64,000 nt of DNA from Alphaproteobacteria bacterium (GCA_965232515.1 CBDDPY010000002.1:2368001-2432000); one strand, 5' to 3'. Positions 9,073 through 18,869 are shown, numbered from the stretch's first letter. The notes: generated by a model from the sequence alone, not told the origin. A program made the numbers and translations.

Positions 9073-10125
9073 ATGGAGAGCTATCAGATCATCGAATGGG
9101 GGGCGCCGCTTGAGCGCCGTGAATATCCCAATCCCGAGCCGGAAGGCACGCAAGTCCTGCTCAAGGTCGACGCCTGCGGCGTCTGCCATAGCGATCTGCA
9201 CATTTGGGACGGGTACTTCGATCTGGGCGACGGCAACAAGATCACGCTCGCCGACCGCGGCGTTCAGCTGCCCTTCACCATGGGCCATGAGATCATCGGC
9301 GAGGTCGCCGCGGTGGGCCCCGAGGCCGAGGGCGTTTCGGTGGGCGACAAGCGCATCGCCTATCCCTGGATCGGCTGCGGCGAATGCGCCGTCTGCAAGC
9401 GTGACGAGGAGTTGTTGTGCATGTCGCCGGTCACGCTCGGCACCCGGCGCCACGGCGGTTATGCCGACCATGTGATCGTGCCGCATCCCCGCTACCTGGT
9501 CGACTATGAGGGCGTGCCGACCGAACTCGCCTGCACCTATGCCTGCTCGGGCCTGACCGCCTACAGCGCGCTGCGCAAGGCGGCGCACCTGACCGAGGAC
9601 GATTACCTCCTGATCATCGGCGCCGGCGGAGTCGGGCTCAACGCCGTGCATTTCGCCCCGGCCGTGGTCAAGGGCAAGGTCATCGTCGCCGACGTCGACG
9701 GCACCAAGCTGGGCGCCGCCCGCCAGGCCGGCGCCGCCGAGACCATCGACAACAGCCAGCCCGAGGCCCTGGCCAGCATCCTGGAGATGACCGGCGGCGG
9801 CGCGGCGGCCGCGATCGATTTCGTCGGCATGCCGGCGACGAGCAAGTTCGGCATCGACGCCCTGCGCAAGGGCGGCACGATGGTCTCGGTCGGTCTCTAT
9901 GGCGGCAGTCTGCCGCTGTCGACGGTGCTGCTGCCGCTGAAAATGCTGAACCTCCAGGGCTCCTACGTCGGTTCGCTGGACGAGATGCATGAGCTGATGG
10001 CGCTGGTGAAGGACGGCCGGGTGCCGCCCCTGCCGATCGAGGTCCGACCGCTGGATCAGGCCAATAGCGCGCTCAATGACTTACGCGCCGGAAATGTCCT
10101 GGGGCGCGTGGTGCTGAAGCCTTAA
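9073..10125 (+). CDS. zinc-binding alcohol dehydrogenase (MDR family)
   Basis: CGVCHSDLH, GHE, CxxCxxC...C structural Zn site, GAGGVG. Confidence 0.93.
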   Translation: MESYQIIEWGAPLERREYPNPEPEGTQVLLKVDACGVCHSDLHIWDGYFDLGDGNKITLADRGVQLPFTMGHEIIGEVAAVGPEAEGVSVGDKRIAYPWIGCGECAVCKRDEELLCMSPVTLGTRRHGGYADHVIVPHPRYLVDYEGVPTELACTYACSGLTAYSALRKAAHLTEDDYLLIIGAGGVGLNAVHFAPAVVKGKVIVADVDGTKLGAARQAGAAETIDNSQPEALASILEMTGGGAAAAIDFVGMPATSKFGIDALRKGGTMVSVGLYGGSLPLSTVLLPLKMLNLQGSYVGSLDEMHELMALVKDGRVPPLPIEVRPLDQANSALNDLRAGNVLGRVVLKP

Positions 10126-10138
10126 ACAATGGTGAATC

Positions 10139-10163
10139 GAGCCATGCGCTGACCGCATGGCTC
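10139..10163. terminator. perfect 10-bp hairpin after the alcohol dehydrogenase gene
   Basis: GAGCCATGCG-CTGAC-CGCATGGCTC; no U-tract, so function uncertain. Confidence 0.4.
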
Positions 10164-10252
10164 CGTCGCCGAAGCATCGATTGTCGGGATCGTCCCGGCA
10201 CCTTACATGAGGATCATCCAGACATTGACCAGCTTCGCGACGAGGTCTCGCC

Positions 10253-10399
10253 ATGCATATTCTCGATCTGATCGCCTCCTGGGCGCTTCGGCCCGCGGAG
10301 CGCGAGAAATCCGATGCGGCGCCGCGCTTTAGCGTGCGTCATCCCGCCGACGGCGGCGCGTTCAACGCGCTGATGCTGGAGGGCCGCGTCGGGCGCTAA
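10253..10399 (+). CDS. small hypothetical protein (48 aa)
   Basis: GAGGT RBS 6 nt before ATG; MHILDLIASWALRPAEREKSDAAPRFSVRHPADGGAFNALMLEGRVGR*; followed by a strong terminator; below the ORF-track cutoff. Confidence 0.6.
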   Translation: MHILDLIASWALRPAEREKSDAAPRFSVRHPADGGAFNALMLEGRVGR

Positions 10400-10425
10400 T
10401 CCGCAGCTTGCCGATGATGATACCT

Positions 10426-10465
10426 GAACCCCCGAGCCGGCAACGGCCCGGGGGTTCTTCTTTTT
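10426..10465 (+). terminator. Rho-independent terminator
   Basis: GAACCCCCGAGCCG-GCAA-CGGCCCGGGGGTTC stem with GNRA loop, followed by TTCTTTTT. Confidence 0.88.
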
Positions 10466-10524
10466 CGGCCATGCCAAAGTATGTGAACCGTTTCCTGCCG
10501 CCGGATCCGCGTTAGACTCGCGGC

Positions 10525-10863
10525 ATGGAACAACCGCGGCTGAAGGCGGAGATCTGGGTGCAGGCACATATCCGGCGCTGTTCCGCTCTCGGCATCCCCG
10601 TCTTCGTCGTCCGCCGGGGCGATTCGACCGCCGGCGTGGTCCTGATCAAGCTGAATACCCTCGGCGGCGGTTGCACGGTGTTCAGCCCGACCCGCCGCGG
10701 CGACGGCGCCCGGATCTGGCTGCGCGCGACTGGCGCCGAGCCGGTCGACGAGACCGAAGCCGATGCCTATATCGCGCGCCAGCTCAACTTCGATCCCGAT
10801 CTCTGGGTCATCGAAATCGAAGATCGCGAGGGGCGTCATCTGCTCGACGCACCTGTGGAATAA
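10525..10863 (+). CDS. DUF1491 family protein
   Basis: RLKAEIWVQAHIRR..VVRRGDSTAG..FDPDLWVIEIEDREGR pattern. Confidence 0.88.
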   Translation: MEQPRLKAEIWVQAHIRRCSALGIPVFVVRRGDSTAGVVLIKLNTLGGGCTVFSPTRRGDGARIWLRATGAEPVDETEADAYIARQLNFDPDLWVIEIEDREGRHLLDAPVE

Positions 10864-10903
10864 TGTCGGCTGGGTATTCGATCACGGCATTGGACGGACC
10901 CGA

Positions 10904-11422
10904 ATGATCTACGTCTCGAACCTGCGCGACATGCCCAAGCACGCGAGCCGGCTGAAGCCGAGCCTGCTGGTCTCGCTGTTGGGCGTCGAAGGCCCGCCCA
11001 CCACGCCCGCCGGCGTCGCCCCGAAGGCGCATCTGTTCGTGGAGGTCGACGACATCAACATGCCGATGCCGGGCTATGTCGCGCCGGCGCATGGTCATGT
11101 CGAGGAGCTCGTGACTTTTCTTGATAGCTGGGATCGCAGCCGCCCGGCGCTCATCCACTGCTATGCTGGCGTCAGCCGATCGACGGCGGCGGCGTTGATC
11201 CTGATGTCGCTGAACAACCCGGGGCGGGAGCACACGGCGGCGCAAACGCTGCGGGACCGGGCGCCGCACGCTCAGCCGAACCGACGCATCATCGGCATCG
11301 CCGACCAGATCATGGGCCTTGAAGGACGCCTGATCGGCGCGGTCGAGGCCATGGGCGAAGCCGACTTCGCCACCATGGGCAGTCTGGTCGAACTGCCGGC
11401 AGAGCTTGATCCATCGACCTGA
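10904..11422 (+). CDS. predicted protein-tyrosine phosphatase (COG5350-like)
   Basis: HCYAGVSRSTAAA CX5R P-loop, FxxVDDI acid loop, AQPNRRII. Confidence 0.88.
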   Translation: MIYVSNLRDMPKHASRLKPSLLVSLLGVEGPPTTPAGVAPKAHLFVEVDDINMPMPGYVAPAHGHVEELVTFLDSWDRSRPALIHCYAGVSRSTAAALILMSLNNPGREHTAAQTLRDRAPHAQPNRRIIGIADQIMGLEGRLIGAVEAMGEADFATMGSLVELPAELDPST

Positions 11423-11445
11423 GCCACGACCGCCCGGAGGACGCC

Positions 11446-12426
11446 ATGCCGGATCTGCATAACGACGCCATCGTCATCGACGGCCTGATCATTTCGAACT
11501 GGGGCCGTGAGGTGTTCGAGGATATGCATCGCGGCGGCATCACCGCGGCGAACTGCACCTGCTGCGTCTGGGAAGGCTTTCGCGACACGATGGCGAACGT
11601 GGCGCAATGGAAGATCTGGTTCGACGCGCACGACGACATCCTGCTGCAGGTGCACAACGTCGCCGACATCGACCGGGCCAAGGCCGAGGGCAAGGTCGGC
11701 ATCATTCTCGGCTGGCAGAACACCTCCGGTATCGAAGACCGCATCGAATATCTGCGGCTGTTCCGCGATCTCGGCGTGCGGGTCATGCAGCTCACCTACA
11801 ACACCCAGAACTTCGTCGGCAGCGGCTGTTTCGAGAGCCGCGACGGCGGCCTGTCCGACTTCGGTCGCGACGTGGTGGCGGAGATGAACCGGCTCGGCAT
11901 TCTGGTCGATCTGAGCCATGTCGGCCCGCAGACCAGCGCCGACGCCATCGAGGCCTCGACCAGGCCTGTCGCCTATACGCACTGCTGCCCGTCGGGTCTG
12001 CTGGACCATCCGCGCAACAAATCAGACGCGCAGTTGCGGGAGATCGTCGAGGCCGGCGGCTTCGTCGGGGTCGCCACCTATCCGCCGTTCCTGCCGCAAC
12101 AGGCCGACGCCACCGTCGACGACTGCCTGGCGGCGATCGAATACGTCGTCGATCTGGTCGGCGAAGATCATGTCGGCATCGGCACCGACTTCACCCAGGG
12201 CCAGAGCGCCGACTGGTTCGACTGGCTGCGCCGCGACAAGGGCGACGGTCGCTGGCTGATGGAAGGCCGCGGGACCACCGCCCCGTTCCCGAACGGCTTC
12301 GAACGGTTAAGCGACTATCCCAATCTCACTGCCGCCATGCAGCGTCGCGGCTGGCCGGAGACCCGCATCGATAAGATCCTGGGCCAGAACTGGCGCCGCG
12401 TCCTGGCCAAGGTCTGGGACGTCTAA
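11446..12426 (+). CDS. membrane dipeptidase (peptidase M19) family protein
   Basis: QLTYN, DGGLSDFG, LVDLSHVG, HPRNKSD, HVGIGTDF, KILGQNW motifs; GGAGG RBS. Confidence 0.9.
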   Translation: MPDLHNDAIVIDGLIISNWGREVFEDMHRGGITAANCTCCVWEGFRDTMANVAQWKIWFDAHDDILLQVHNVADIDRAKAEGKVGIILGWQNTSGIEDRIEYLRLFRDLGVRVMQLTYNTQNFVGSGCFESRDGGLSDFGRDVVAEMNRLGILVDLSHVGPQTSADAIEASTRPVAYTHCCPSGLLDHPRNKSDAQLREIVEAGGFVGVATYPPFLPQQADATVDDCLAAIEYVVDLVGEDHVGIGTDFTQGQSADWFDWLRRDKGDGRWLMEGRGTTAPFPNGFERLSDYPNLTAAMQRRGWPETRIDKILGQNWRRVLAKVWDV

Positions 12427-12459
12427 GCCATAGCCGCTCATCTCGGGATCCAATAGCTG

Positions 12460-12566
12460 ATCCTTCGAGGCTCCGCTTCGCTCCGCACCTCAGGATGAGG
12501 TCTGTACCCCATATCCATGCCCGTCCTCATGCTGAGGAGCCCGCGACAGCGGGCGTCTCGAAGCAT
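12460..12566. repeat. RIME/REP-like alphaproteobacterial intergenic palindromic element (two inverted units)
   Basis: ATCCTTCGAG..CCTCAGGATGAGG (12460-12500) faces CCTCATGCTGAGG..CTCGAAGCAT (12525-12566); between convergent genes. Confidence 0.75.
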
Positions 12567-12616
12567 GCGATTTCGTTACGAGCGATCGCCGCTCGGTCTA
12601 CTGCCTCGACTGCCGC

Positions 12617-12811
12617 CTACATGTTCCGGCTAAGTGTCGCCAGCTTGCCGGCCTGTTGCAGCCGTTCTTTCTCCTGCCGCATGGCGAAACCGGTCTTCTG
12701 ATTTCGGCGGATACGGGCCTGCTTGCGGGCCGCCGCCAGAGCCTGGAATTGCGGCCAGACACGAATGTGCTTGTCCTGCAGCCGCTGCAGCTCCGCCTTC
12801 AAACTCGACAT
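12617..12811 (-). CDS. small basic helical hypothetical protein (64 aa)
   Basis: GGAGGT RBS 8 nt upstream of ATG; co-oriented downstream of the VOC gene; R/K/Q-rich helical composition. Confidence 0.55.
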   Translation of the reverse strand: MSSLKAELQRLQDKHIRVWPQFQALAAARKQARIRRNQKTGFAMRQEKERLQQAGKLATLSRNM

Positions 12812-12904
12812 CGTCGATAACCTCCGCGCTACCTGATCCTTGTTCCGTCTTCCCGGACGGGCGCGTCGACCGACGTCTACCTCCTCTTGTCTTGTCGCGG
12901 CCGC

Positions 12905-13549
12905 TTATTCCGCGGCCGTTGCCGATGGTTTTTCCATCGCGCCCGGCAGATCCGGCTTGGCGCGCGCCAAGCCGCGCCGGATGAAACTCTCGCGCATCCG
13001 ATGACCGTTGCCCGGACGCGCCACCATGTCCTCGGGCCGGGTCGGGTTCGTGACCTCGGGCCAGACCCCGAGCTGCGGTCCGGCGCCCTCCGCAGCGATG
13101 GGCAGCGGATCGTCGTCCTCGATCGCCGGCGTCGACAGCAGCTCTACGCAGTCCCAGGAAATTTCCAGCGGGATGTTGTTGGGATCGAAGAAATAGATCG
13201 ACCAGATGGTGCCGTGATCCACCACGCCGGCGACCTCGAACCCGGCCGCCTCCAGCTTGTCCTTGTAGGCGAACAGCTCTTCCTTCGTCGCGACCGTCAT
13301 CGCCACGTGATCGAAGCCCTGCGGCCGGTCGGTGGGCGTGCCGTGGAACTTGTCGCGCAGCATTGGTTGCGCGATATCGTACTCGAAGAAGGCGATCTGA
13401 CCGTTCTCCATCTGGAAGAAGTAGTGGCGAAAGCCGTCATGGCCGACGCCGCTGACCAGATGCATGCCCAGAAGGTCGCGGTAGAACCGTACCGTCTTGG
13501 TCATGTCGTTGGTGATGAAGGCGAGGTGGTTGACCCCGGCAATCTGCAT
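12905..13549 (-). CDS. VOC (glyoxalase/bleomycin resistance/dioxygenase) family protein
   Basis: GVNHLAF..FYRDLLG, FDHVA, SIYFFDPNNIPLE motifs; GGAG RBS. Confidence 0.9.
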   Translation of the reverse strand: MQIAGVNHLAFITNDMTKTVRFYRDLLGMHLVSGVGHDGFRHYFFQMENGQIAFFEYDIAQPMLRDKFHGTPTDRPQGFDHVAMTVATKEELFAYKDKLEAAGFEVAGVVDHGTIWSIYFFDPNNIPLEISWDCVELLSTPAIEDDDPLPIAAEGAGPQLGVWPEVTNPTRPEDMVARPGNGHRMRESFIRRGLARAKPDLPGAMEKPSATAAE

Positions 13550-13638
13550 GGGCGATCTCCCGCAGCCAAGTTGACATAATATGCCGCAGCGGCGGACTGG
13601 GGTCCACCGCCTTGCGGGCGAGCTTTCGTGCTCGAGCG

Positions 13639-15186
13639 CTACTCGGCTGCCCGGCTGTCCGCCGCCACGGCGTCGCGCAGATCCCGCTTCAAGACCTTGC
13701 CCGTGGCGTTTCTCGGCAGCGCCTCGACGAACCGCACCGATTTCGGCGTCTTGAACCGCGCGAGCCGCCCCTCGCAGTGCCGCATGACGTCGGCCTCGGT
13801 CAGTGCGTGCTCGGGCTTCACCGCAATCACGGCTTGCCCCACCTCGCCCCAGCGCGTATCGGGAACGCCGATCACCGCCACCTCGGCGACGGCCTCGAGC
13901 TGGTAAATCACATTCTCGACCTCGGCCGGATAGACGTTCTCGCCGCCCGAGATATACATGTCCTTCCAGCGATCAACGATGAAATAGTAGCCCTCCTCGT
14001 CCCGCTTGGCGGCGTCGCCCGTATGCAGCCAGCCGTCAACGATGGCCTCGGCCGTGGCTTCCGGCCGGTTCCAGTAGCCCGGCGTAATGTTGGGCCCCTT
14101 GATCCAGAGTTCGCCGATCTGGTCCGGGTCGGTGACGTCGACGCCATTCTCGTCGACGATGCGGATCTCGGTATGCAGCACCGGCAGGCCGCAGGAGCCG
14201 GCCTTCTCGACCGCGCGCTCGGGATTGATGAAGATCGCCGCCGGGCTGGTTTCGGTCATGCCGTAGCCCTGCTGCAGCGGCAGGCCCTTGGCGGCCCAGG
14301 TTTCCAGGATCGGCAGCGCACAGGGCGCACCGCCGACGCCGCAAACGCTGAGATGGCTCAGATCGGCCGTATCGAATTCCGGCATCTGGCTCATGAACAG
14401 GAAGTTCGCCGGCACGCCGAAGAAGTGCGTGAAGCCGATCGCCTTGTCCATCAGCAGCGCCAGCGCCCGGCCGGGATCGAAGCTGCGCATCACGGCGACC
14501 GTGCCGCCGACATGAAAGACCGGGTTCGAATAGCAGTTCAAGCCGCCGGTATGGAACAGCGGCAGGACCGACAAATGCACGGTTTTCGGCGTCACCAGCG
14601 CCGGCGGCCCCAGGTTGACGGCATTCCAGAAGGTCATGCCGTGGGTGATCATGGCGCCCTTCGGCAGTCCGGTCGTGCCGGATGTGTACATGATCGTCGA
14701 CAGGTCGTCGTGCGTAACGTCGACTGGATCGACCTCGCCGGCGGCGCCGGTAATGCCGGTTTCATAAGCCGAGGGCCGGTTGTCGCCGTTGATGTCGACG
14801 AGATGCGCGATACCGCAGCGGGCCTTCAGCTCGGCCGCCGCCTCGGCGAATTCGTCGTCATAAATGAAAACTTTCGGCCCCGCGTCGTTGACGATGAACT
14901 CCAGCTCCGGGACCGTCAGCCGCCAGTTCAGCGGCAGGAAAACGGCGCCCAGCCGACCGCAGGCGAACTGCAGCTCGAAATGGTCGGTGGTGTTGGGCGC
15001 CAGGATGCCGATCCGGTCGCCGCGCTCAACGCCCAGGCCGTCGCGCAGGTAACGGGCGAGCCGCCCGACCCGTGCACTGAACTGCAGATAGCTGTATTGC
15101 CGCCCCGAATGCAGATCGACCGCCGCCGTGCGATCCGGGGAGTACCGCGCGTGGTGCGCCAGCCAATCATACGCCTTCACGGACAT
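13639..15186 (-). CDS. acyl-CoA synthetase (AMP-forming; long-chain/aromatic acid-CoA ligase)
   Basis: YTSGTTGLPKG, QGYGMTET, WLHTGD, ISGGENVYPAEVE, PRNATGKV; GGAGG RBS. Confidence 0.93.
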   Translation of the reverse strand: MSVKAYDWLAHHARYSPDRTAAVDLHSGRQYSYLQFSARVGRLARYLRDGLGVERGDRIGILAPNTTDHFELQFACGRLGAVFLPLNWRLTVPELEFIVNDAGPKVFIYDDEFAEAAAELKARCGIAHLVDINGDNRPSAYETGITGAAGEVDPVDVTHDDLSTIMYTSGTTGLPKGAMITHGMTFWNAVNLGPPALVTPKTVHLSVLPLFHTGGLNCYSNPVFHVGGTVAVMRSFDPGRALALLMDKAIGFTHFFGVPANFLFMSQMPEFDTADLSHLSVCGVGGAPCALPILETWAAKGLPLQQGYGMTETSPAAIFINPERAVEKAGSCGLPVLHTEIRIVDENGVDVTDPDQIGELWIKGPNITPGYWNRPEATAEAIVDGWLHTGDAAKRDEEGYYFIVDRWKDMYISGGENVYPAEVENVIYQLEAVAEVAVIGVPDTRWGEVGQAVIAVKPEHALTEADVMRHCEGRLARFKTPKSVRFVEALPRNATGKVLKRDLRDAVAADSRAAE

Positions 15187-15303
15187 AACGCCTGCCTCCC
15201 AACAGATTTTCGGCAAGCCTAAGCTGCGCGGCATGGGCCGTCCAGCACCCGCCACCGCGATTGCAGGCACGACAGCGCAAGCCCATACTTCCCTTCCTCC
15301 CTC

Positions 15304-16509
15304 GTGCAAGGTTCGCCCGTGTCCACCGCCCCGCCCTCCAACATGATCGTCCTGCTGACGAGTCTGACCGCCATTGGGCCGCTCTCGACCAGTATCTACC
15401 TGCCGTCGCTGCCGGCGCTGGCGGCGGATCTGGGCGCCAGTACCGGCGAGGCGCAGCTCACCTTGACTGCCTCGCTGATCGGCTTCGCGCTATTGCAGCT
15501 GGTATACGGTCCGCTCTCCGACCGCTACGGCCGGCGCCGGGTCCTGTTCGGCGGGCTGACGCTCTACGTTGTGGCCAGCGCCGCCTGCGCGCTCGCGCCG
15601 ACAATCGGTGCGCTGGTCCTCGCCCGGTTCGTGCAGGCCGTCGGTGGCTGCGCCGGCTCGGTGATCAGCCGGGCCGTCGTGCGCGACATGTTCACGCCCA
15701 CGGAAGGCGCGCGCGTGCTGGCCTATATCGGCATGGCGCTCGCTATCGCGCCGGCGGCCGGCCCGTTGATCGGCGGCCAGCTCGAAGTCTATTTCGGCTG
15801 GCGGTCGACCTTCATTGCGCTGAGCGCCGCAGGTCTCGCCATCCTGGTGTTCGCCGTTCTGCGCCTGCCGGAGACCAACCAGGGCGCGTCCCGCAGCACG
15901 CCGCTTTGGCGCATCGTCGGCGGCTATTGGCGGTTGCTCCGCTCCAGATCCTTTCTGGCCTTCAGCCTGAGCGCTGGCTGCCAGTTCGGCGGCTTGTTCG
16001 CCTTTCAGGTCGGCGCGCCCATCGTCCTAATCGGCATGCTCGGCGTCACGCCCGACACCTACGGCTTCTATACGTTGGTGCCGGTCGCCGGCTACGTGGT
16101 GGGCGGTTTCATTTCGACTCGGATCTCGGCCCGTCTCGGCATCCTGGCGATGACGCGGCTCGGGACCGCCGTGAACCTGTCGGGCGGCCTGCTGATCGCC
16201 GTCCTGGCCTTCACCGCCGAGTTAAGCGTGATCGCGCTGATCGGCCCGATGTTCATTTTCAGCCTGGGCATGGGCCTGCATCTGCCGAACGCCATGGCCG
16301 GCGCCATCGCCGATCACCCGGAGATCGCCGGCACGGCATCGGCCCTGCTGGGCTTCTTCATGATGGGTACCGGCGCGCTCGGCAGCGCGCTCGTCGTCGC
16401 CCTGCCGCACGCCGACCAGATCCCGATGACCCTGGTGGTGGTCGGCATGGCGATTTGCGCCAGCTTTGCGGTGCTGTGCTTGCGCAAAACGCACCCGGCA
16501 TCGGTGTGA
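15304..16509 (+). CDS. Bcr/CflA family multidrug efflux MFS transporter
   Basis: IYLPSLP, GPLSDRYGRR motif A, about 12 hydrophobic segments; exact start uncertain. Confidence 0.9.
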   Translation: MQGSPVSTAPPSNMIVLLTSLTAIGPLSTSIYLPSLPALAADLGASTGEAQLTLTASLIGFALLQLVYGPLSDRYGRRRVLFGGLTLYVVASAACALAPTIGALVLARFVQAVGGCAGSVISRAVVRDMFTPTEGARVLAYIGMALAIAPAAGPLIGGQLEVYFGWRSTFIALSAAGLAILVFAVLRLPETNQGASRSTPLWRIVGGYWRLLRSRSFLAFSLSAGCQFGGLFAFQVGAPIVLIGMLGVTPDTYGFYTLVPVAGYVVGGFISTRISARLGILAMTRLGTAVNLSGGLLIAVLAFTAELSVIALIGPMFIFSLGMGLHLPNAMAGAIADHPEIAGTASALLGFFMMGTGALGSALVVALPHADQIPMTLVVVGMAICASFAVLCLRKTHPASV

Positions 16510-16546
16510 TACGGTTGGGTTGAGCGAATCAACGGGGGAGGAAGCG

Positions 16547-17014
16547 ATGTCCCCATATCGAGGCGACATCGGACGCCGCGCGCGCCGCATGTGCGCGACC
16601 GTCCTGGCCGCCGGCCTGATCGGCGCCGTGACAGCCATTGCCGCGGGCGTCCCACCGGCATCGGCCGCCGGATTGGCCATCGAGCTGAACAAAGCGGAAA
16701 ACGGCAACGGCGGTTGCCTCGCGTCGTTCGTCATTCGCAACGGTCTGGGTCATACGCTCGACCGCTTCAGCATGGATGTGATCGTCTTCGACCAGGAAGG
16801 CGTGATCGCCGGCCGCAGCCTGCTCGACCTGGCGCCGCTGCCGGACGCCAAGACCACCGTCGCCACGTTTCCGCTGCAGAACGGCGGCTGCGACACCATC
16901 AGCCGTGTGTTAGTGAACAGCTTCCCGTCCTGCCGCGCCAATAGCGGTCAGGACGTCGACTGCCTCGCCGGACTCAGCGTCTCCAGCCGCGACGATATCG
17001 GCCTGGAAAAATAA
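16547..17014 (+). CDS. exported hypothetical protein (IELNK...C...FD..G family)
   Basis: GGGGAGG RBS; RRARR plus hydrophobic signal ending ASA; four Cys in the mature domain. Confidence 0.75.
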   Translation: MSPYRGDIGRRARRMCATVLAAGLIGAVTAIAAGVPPASAAGLAIELNKAENGNGGCLASFVIRNGLGHTLDRFSMDVIVFDQEGVIAGRSLLDLAPLPDAKTTVATFPLQNGGCDTISRVLVNSFPSCRANSGQDVDCLAGLSVSSRDDIGLEK

Positions 17015-17049
17015 CGGCCTTCACGTTGCCAACGCTTGATGCCGGCCGC

Positions 17050-17613
17050 TCAGAGCGTCAGTGATTTGACGATCTCGTCGACCTCGGCCTTCTCCTTGTC
17101 GAAGTAGTACTCGGCATGACCGGTGTAGAGGATCAAATGCAGCTTGTCGTCGGCGATCGCGCCATAGGCCTGGCCTTTGTACTGGCCGCCGGTGCTGGAG
17201 GTGATCGCCAAATCGAAGGCGAAGCCGTCGAGCTCGGCGAAGGCGAACGGCCGCAGGTTGTCCGGCTCGACGGCGCCGACGCCGCGCGCCGTCATGGTCG
17301 CGATAAGCAGATCGACGACGTCGTTCGCCCGCATATTGGCCGCGAATGTCGGCAGCTTCTCATCGCCGATCGGCTTATAGATCGTGCCGCCGTCGGGAAT
17401 CTCGTCGAAGAACATCAACGTCTGCAGCCCAATGCCGTCCTTGGTCCACTGCTCGTTGTCGTCGGCCGTGCGCCGGTTCCATGCACTCGTCGGCTGCACC
17501 GAGAATCGCTCCATGGCGATCTGCCGCTTCGGTTCGACCAGGGTGTACTGCACGCAGCCGGCCAATAGCCCCAGAAGAACCGCCGCCGATAACGCCTTCG
17601 AACCTGTTCGCAT
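17050..17613 (-). CDS. hypothetical lipoprotein
   Basis: Lipobox LLAG-C; last gene of a three-gene operon. Confidence 0.82.
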   Translation of the reverse strand: MRTGSKALSAAVLLGLLAGCVQYTLVEPKRQIAMERFSVQPTSAWNRRTADDNEQWTKDGIGLQTLMFFDEIPDGGTIYKPIGDEKLPTFAANMRANDVVDLLIATMTARGVGAVEPDNLRPFAFAELDGFAFDLAITSSTGGQYKGQAYGAIADDKLHLILYTGHAEYYFDKEKAEVDEIVKSLTL

Positions 17614-17627
17614 CCTCTACTCCACTG

Positions 17628-18869
17628 TCAGTCCTTGTCGAGTTTATCGATATAGCTTCGGATCATGGCCGCATCGCCCGCGTCGGGCTGCAGCGAGAGA
17701 AACGTCCTGAACGCTTCGGCCGCCCGGTCGTTCTCGCCGCTGTCCCAATAGACGAATCCCAGCGAACGATGGGTCTCCGGCGGCGCGTTCGGCCCATCCA
17801 GCGCCTGCAGATAGAGGTCGATCGCGCGCCTGTTGTCGTCGTCGGTGCGGCGCAGGCGGTGAAGCTCACCCTGGAAGAAACGAAGCTCGCCCGACGCATC
17901 CGCTTCGGCCAGCCGCTGCAGCAGCACCTCGCTTTGTTCCAGACGCCGGCGTTTTAGCTCGTCCTTCAGCCAGTCGGCACGCAGCGGATGGACGGCCTCG
18001 GCGAACCTGCCGGCGCCGATTTCGCTGTTCGCCACGTCGGCTTCCGCCGCTCTCGCCTCCAGCGTTTCGACACGCTCTTCGGTCGGCGGATGCGAGGCAA
18101 AGAAAATCGGTTTGTCCTCGCTGTCGGGATCGGCCTCGCGCTCCCGCATCAGGCCATGCCAGGACTTCGCCGCCTCGCGTGGATCGTAGCCGGCCTCGAT
18201 CACCATCTGTAAGCCGAGCTCATCGGCCTCGCGCTCCTGGTCGCGGCCATAGGCGAAAATCGCCGAAGCGCCGGCAAGCTGCGCCAGGGCGCCGACAAAG
18301 CCCACGCCCGCCGCCGAGGTGAAGAGCTGCACGAACGCCATGGCGTCCGCGGTCTGGCTGGCATTGCGCCAGTTCTGCACCGAGTGTCGCCGTCGGTAGT
18401 GGGCGATTTCGTGGCCCAGAATGTAGGCGAGTTGCGCCTCGTTCTGGCAGCGCAGCAGCAGGCCGGTCCAGACCTGCATGACGCCATTTGGCGCCATGGT
18501 GGCGTTGAAGTGCGGCGTGCGGACAACATAGATGCGAAGCTCGTCGCAATAGTCCGGCGCCAGGCGGCAAACGATACGCCGCAGATAGGCGTTGAGCGCC
18601 GGGTCGTCGACCACCCGGCCGGATCGTCGCAACGCCTCTTCGACCCGGTCCATGACCATCCACAGGCCGGCCTCGTCGGAATCGATTGCCGGCCGCTCCC
18701 CCGGCTTCAAGTCGGGCAACGGTTCAGGCTTGTAGTCGTGGATATTCTGCGTTTCGTCGTTGCTGCGATAGGACTGCCATTCCGCTTCCGGTTCCCGCGC
18801 GTTCAGTTCGGCGGCGAACAGGCAAGCCGACGCGGCAATCAGCGCGCCGCAAACGCTGCCCAATCGCAT
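17628..18869 (-). CDS. M48 family metallopeptidase with C-terminal TPR repeats
   Basis: FNATMAPNG, LAYILGHEIAH (HExxH), EREADELG, FFASHP; signal peptide; TPR-like helices at the C-terminus. Confidence 0.92.
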   Translation of the reverse strand: MRLGSVCGALIAASACLFAAELNAREPEAEWQSYRSNDETQNIHDYKPEPLPDLKPGERPAIDSDEAGLWMVMDRVEEALRRSGRVVDDPALNAYLRRIVCRLAPDYCDELRIYVVRTPHFNATMAPNGVMQVWTGLLLRCQNEAQLAYILGHEIAHYRRRHSVQNWRNASQTADAMAFVQLFTSAAGVGFVGALAQLAGASAIFAYGRDQEREADELGLQMVIEAGYDPREAAKSWHGLMREREADPDSEDKPIFFASHPPTEERVETLEARAAEADVANSEIGAGRFAEAVHPLRADWLKDELKRRRLEQSEVLLQRLAEADASGELRFFQGELHRLRRTDDDNRRAIDLYLQALDGPNAPPETHRSLGFVYWDSGENDRAAEAFRTFLSLQPDAGDAAMIRSYIDKLDKD

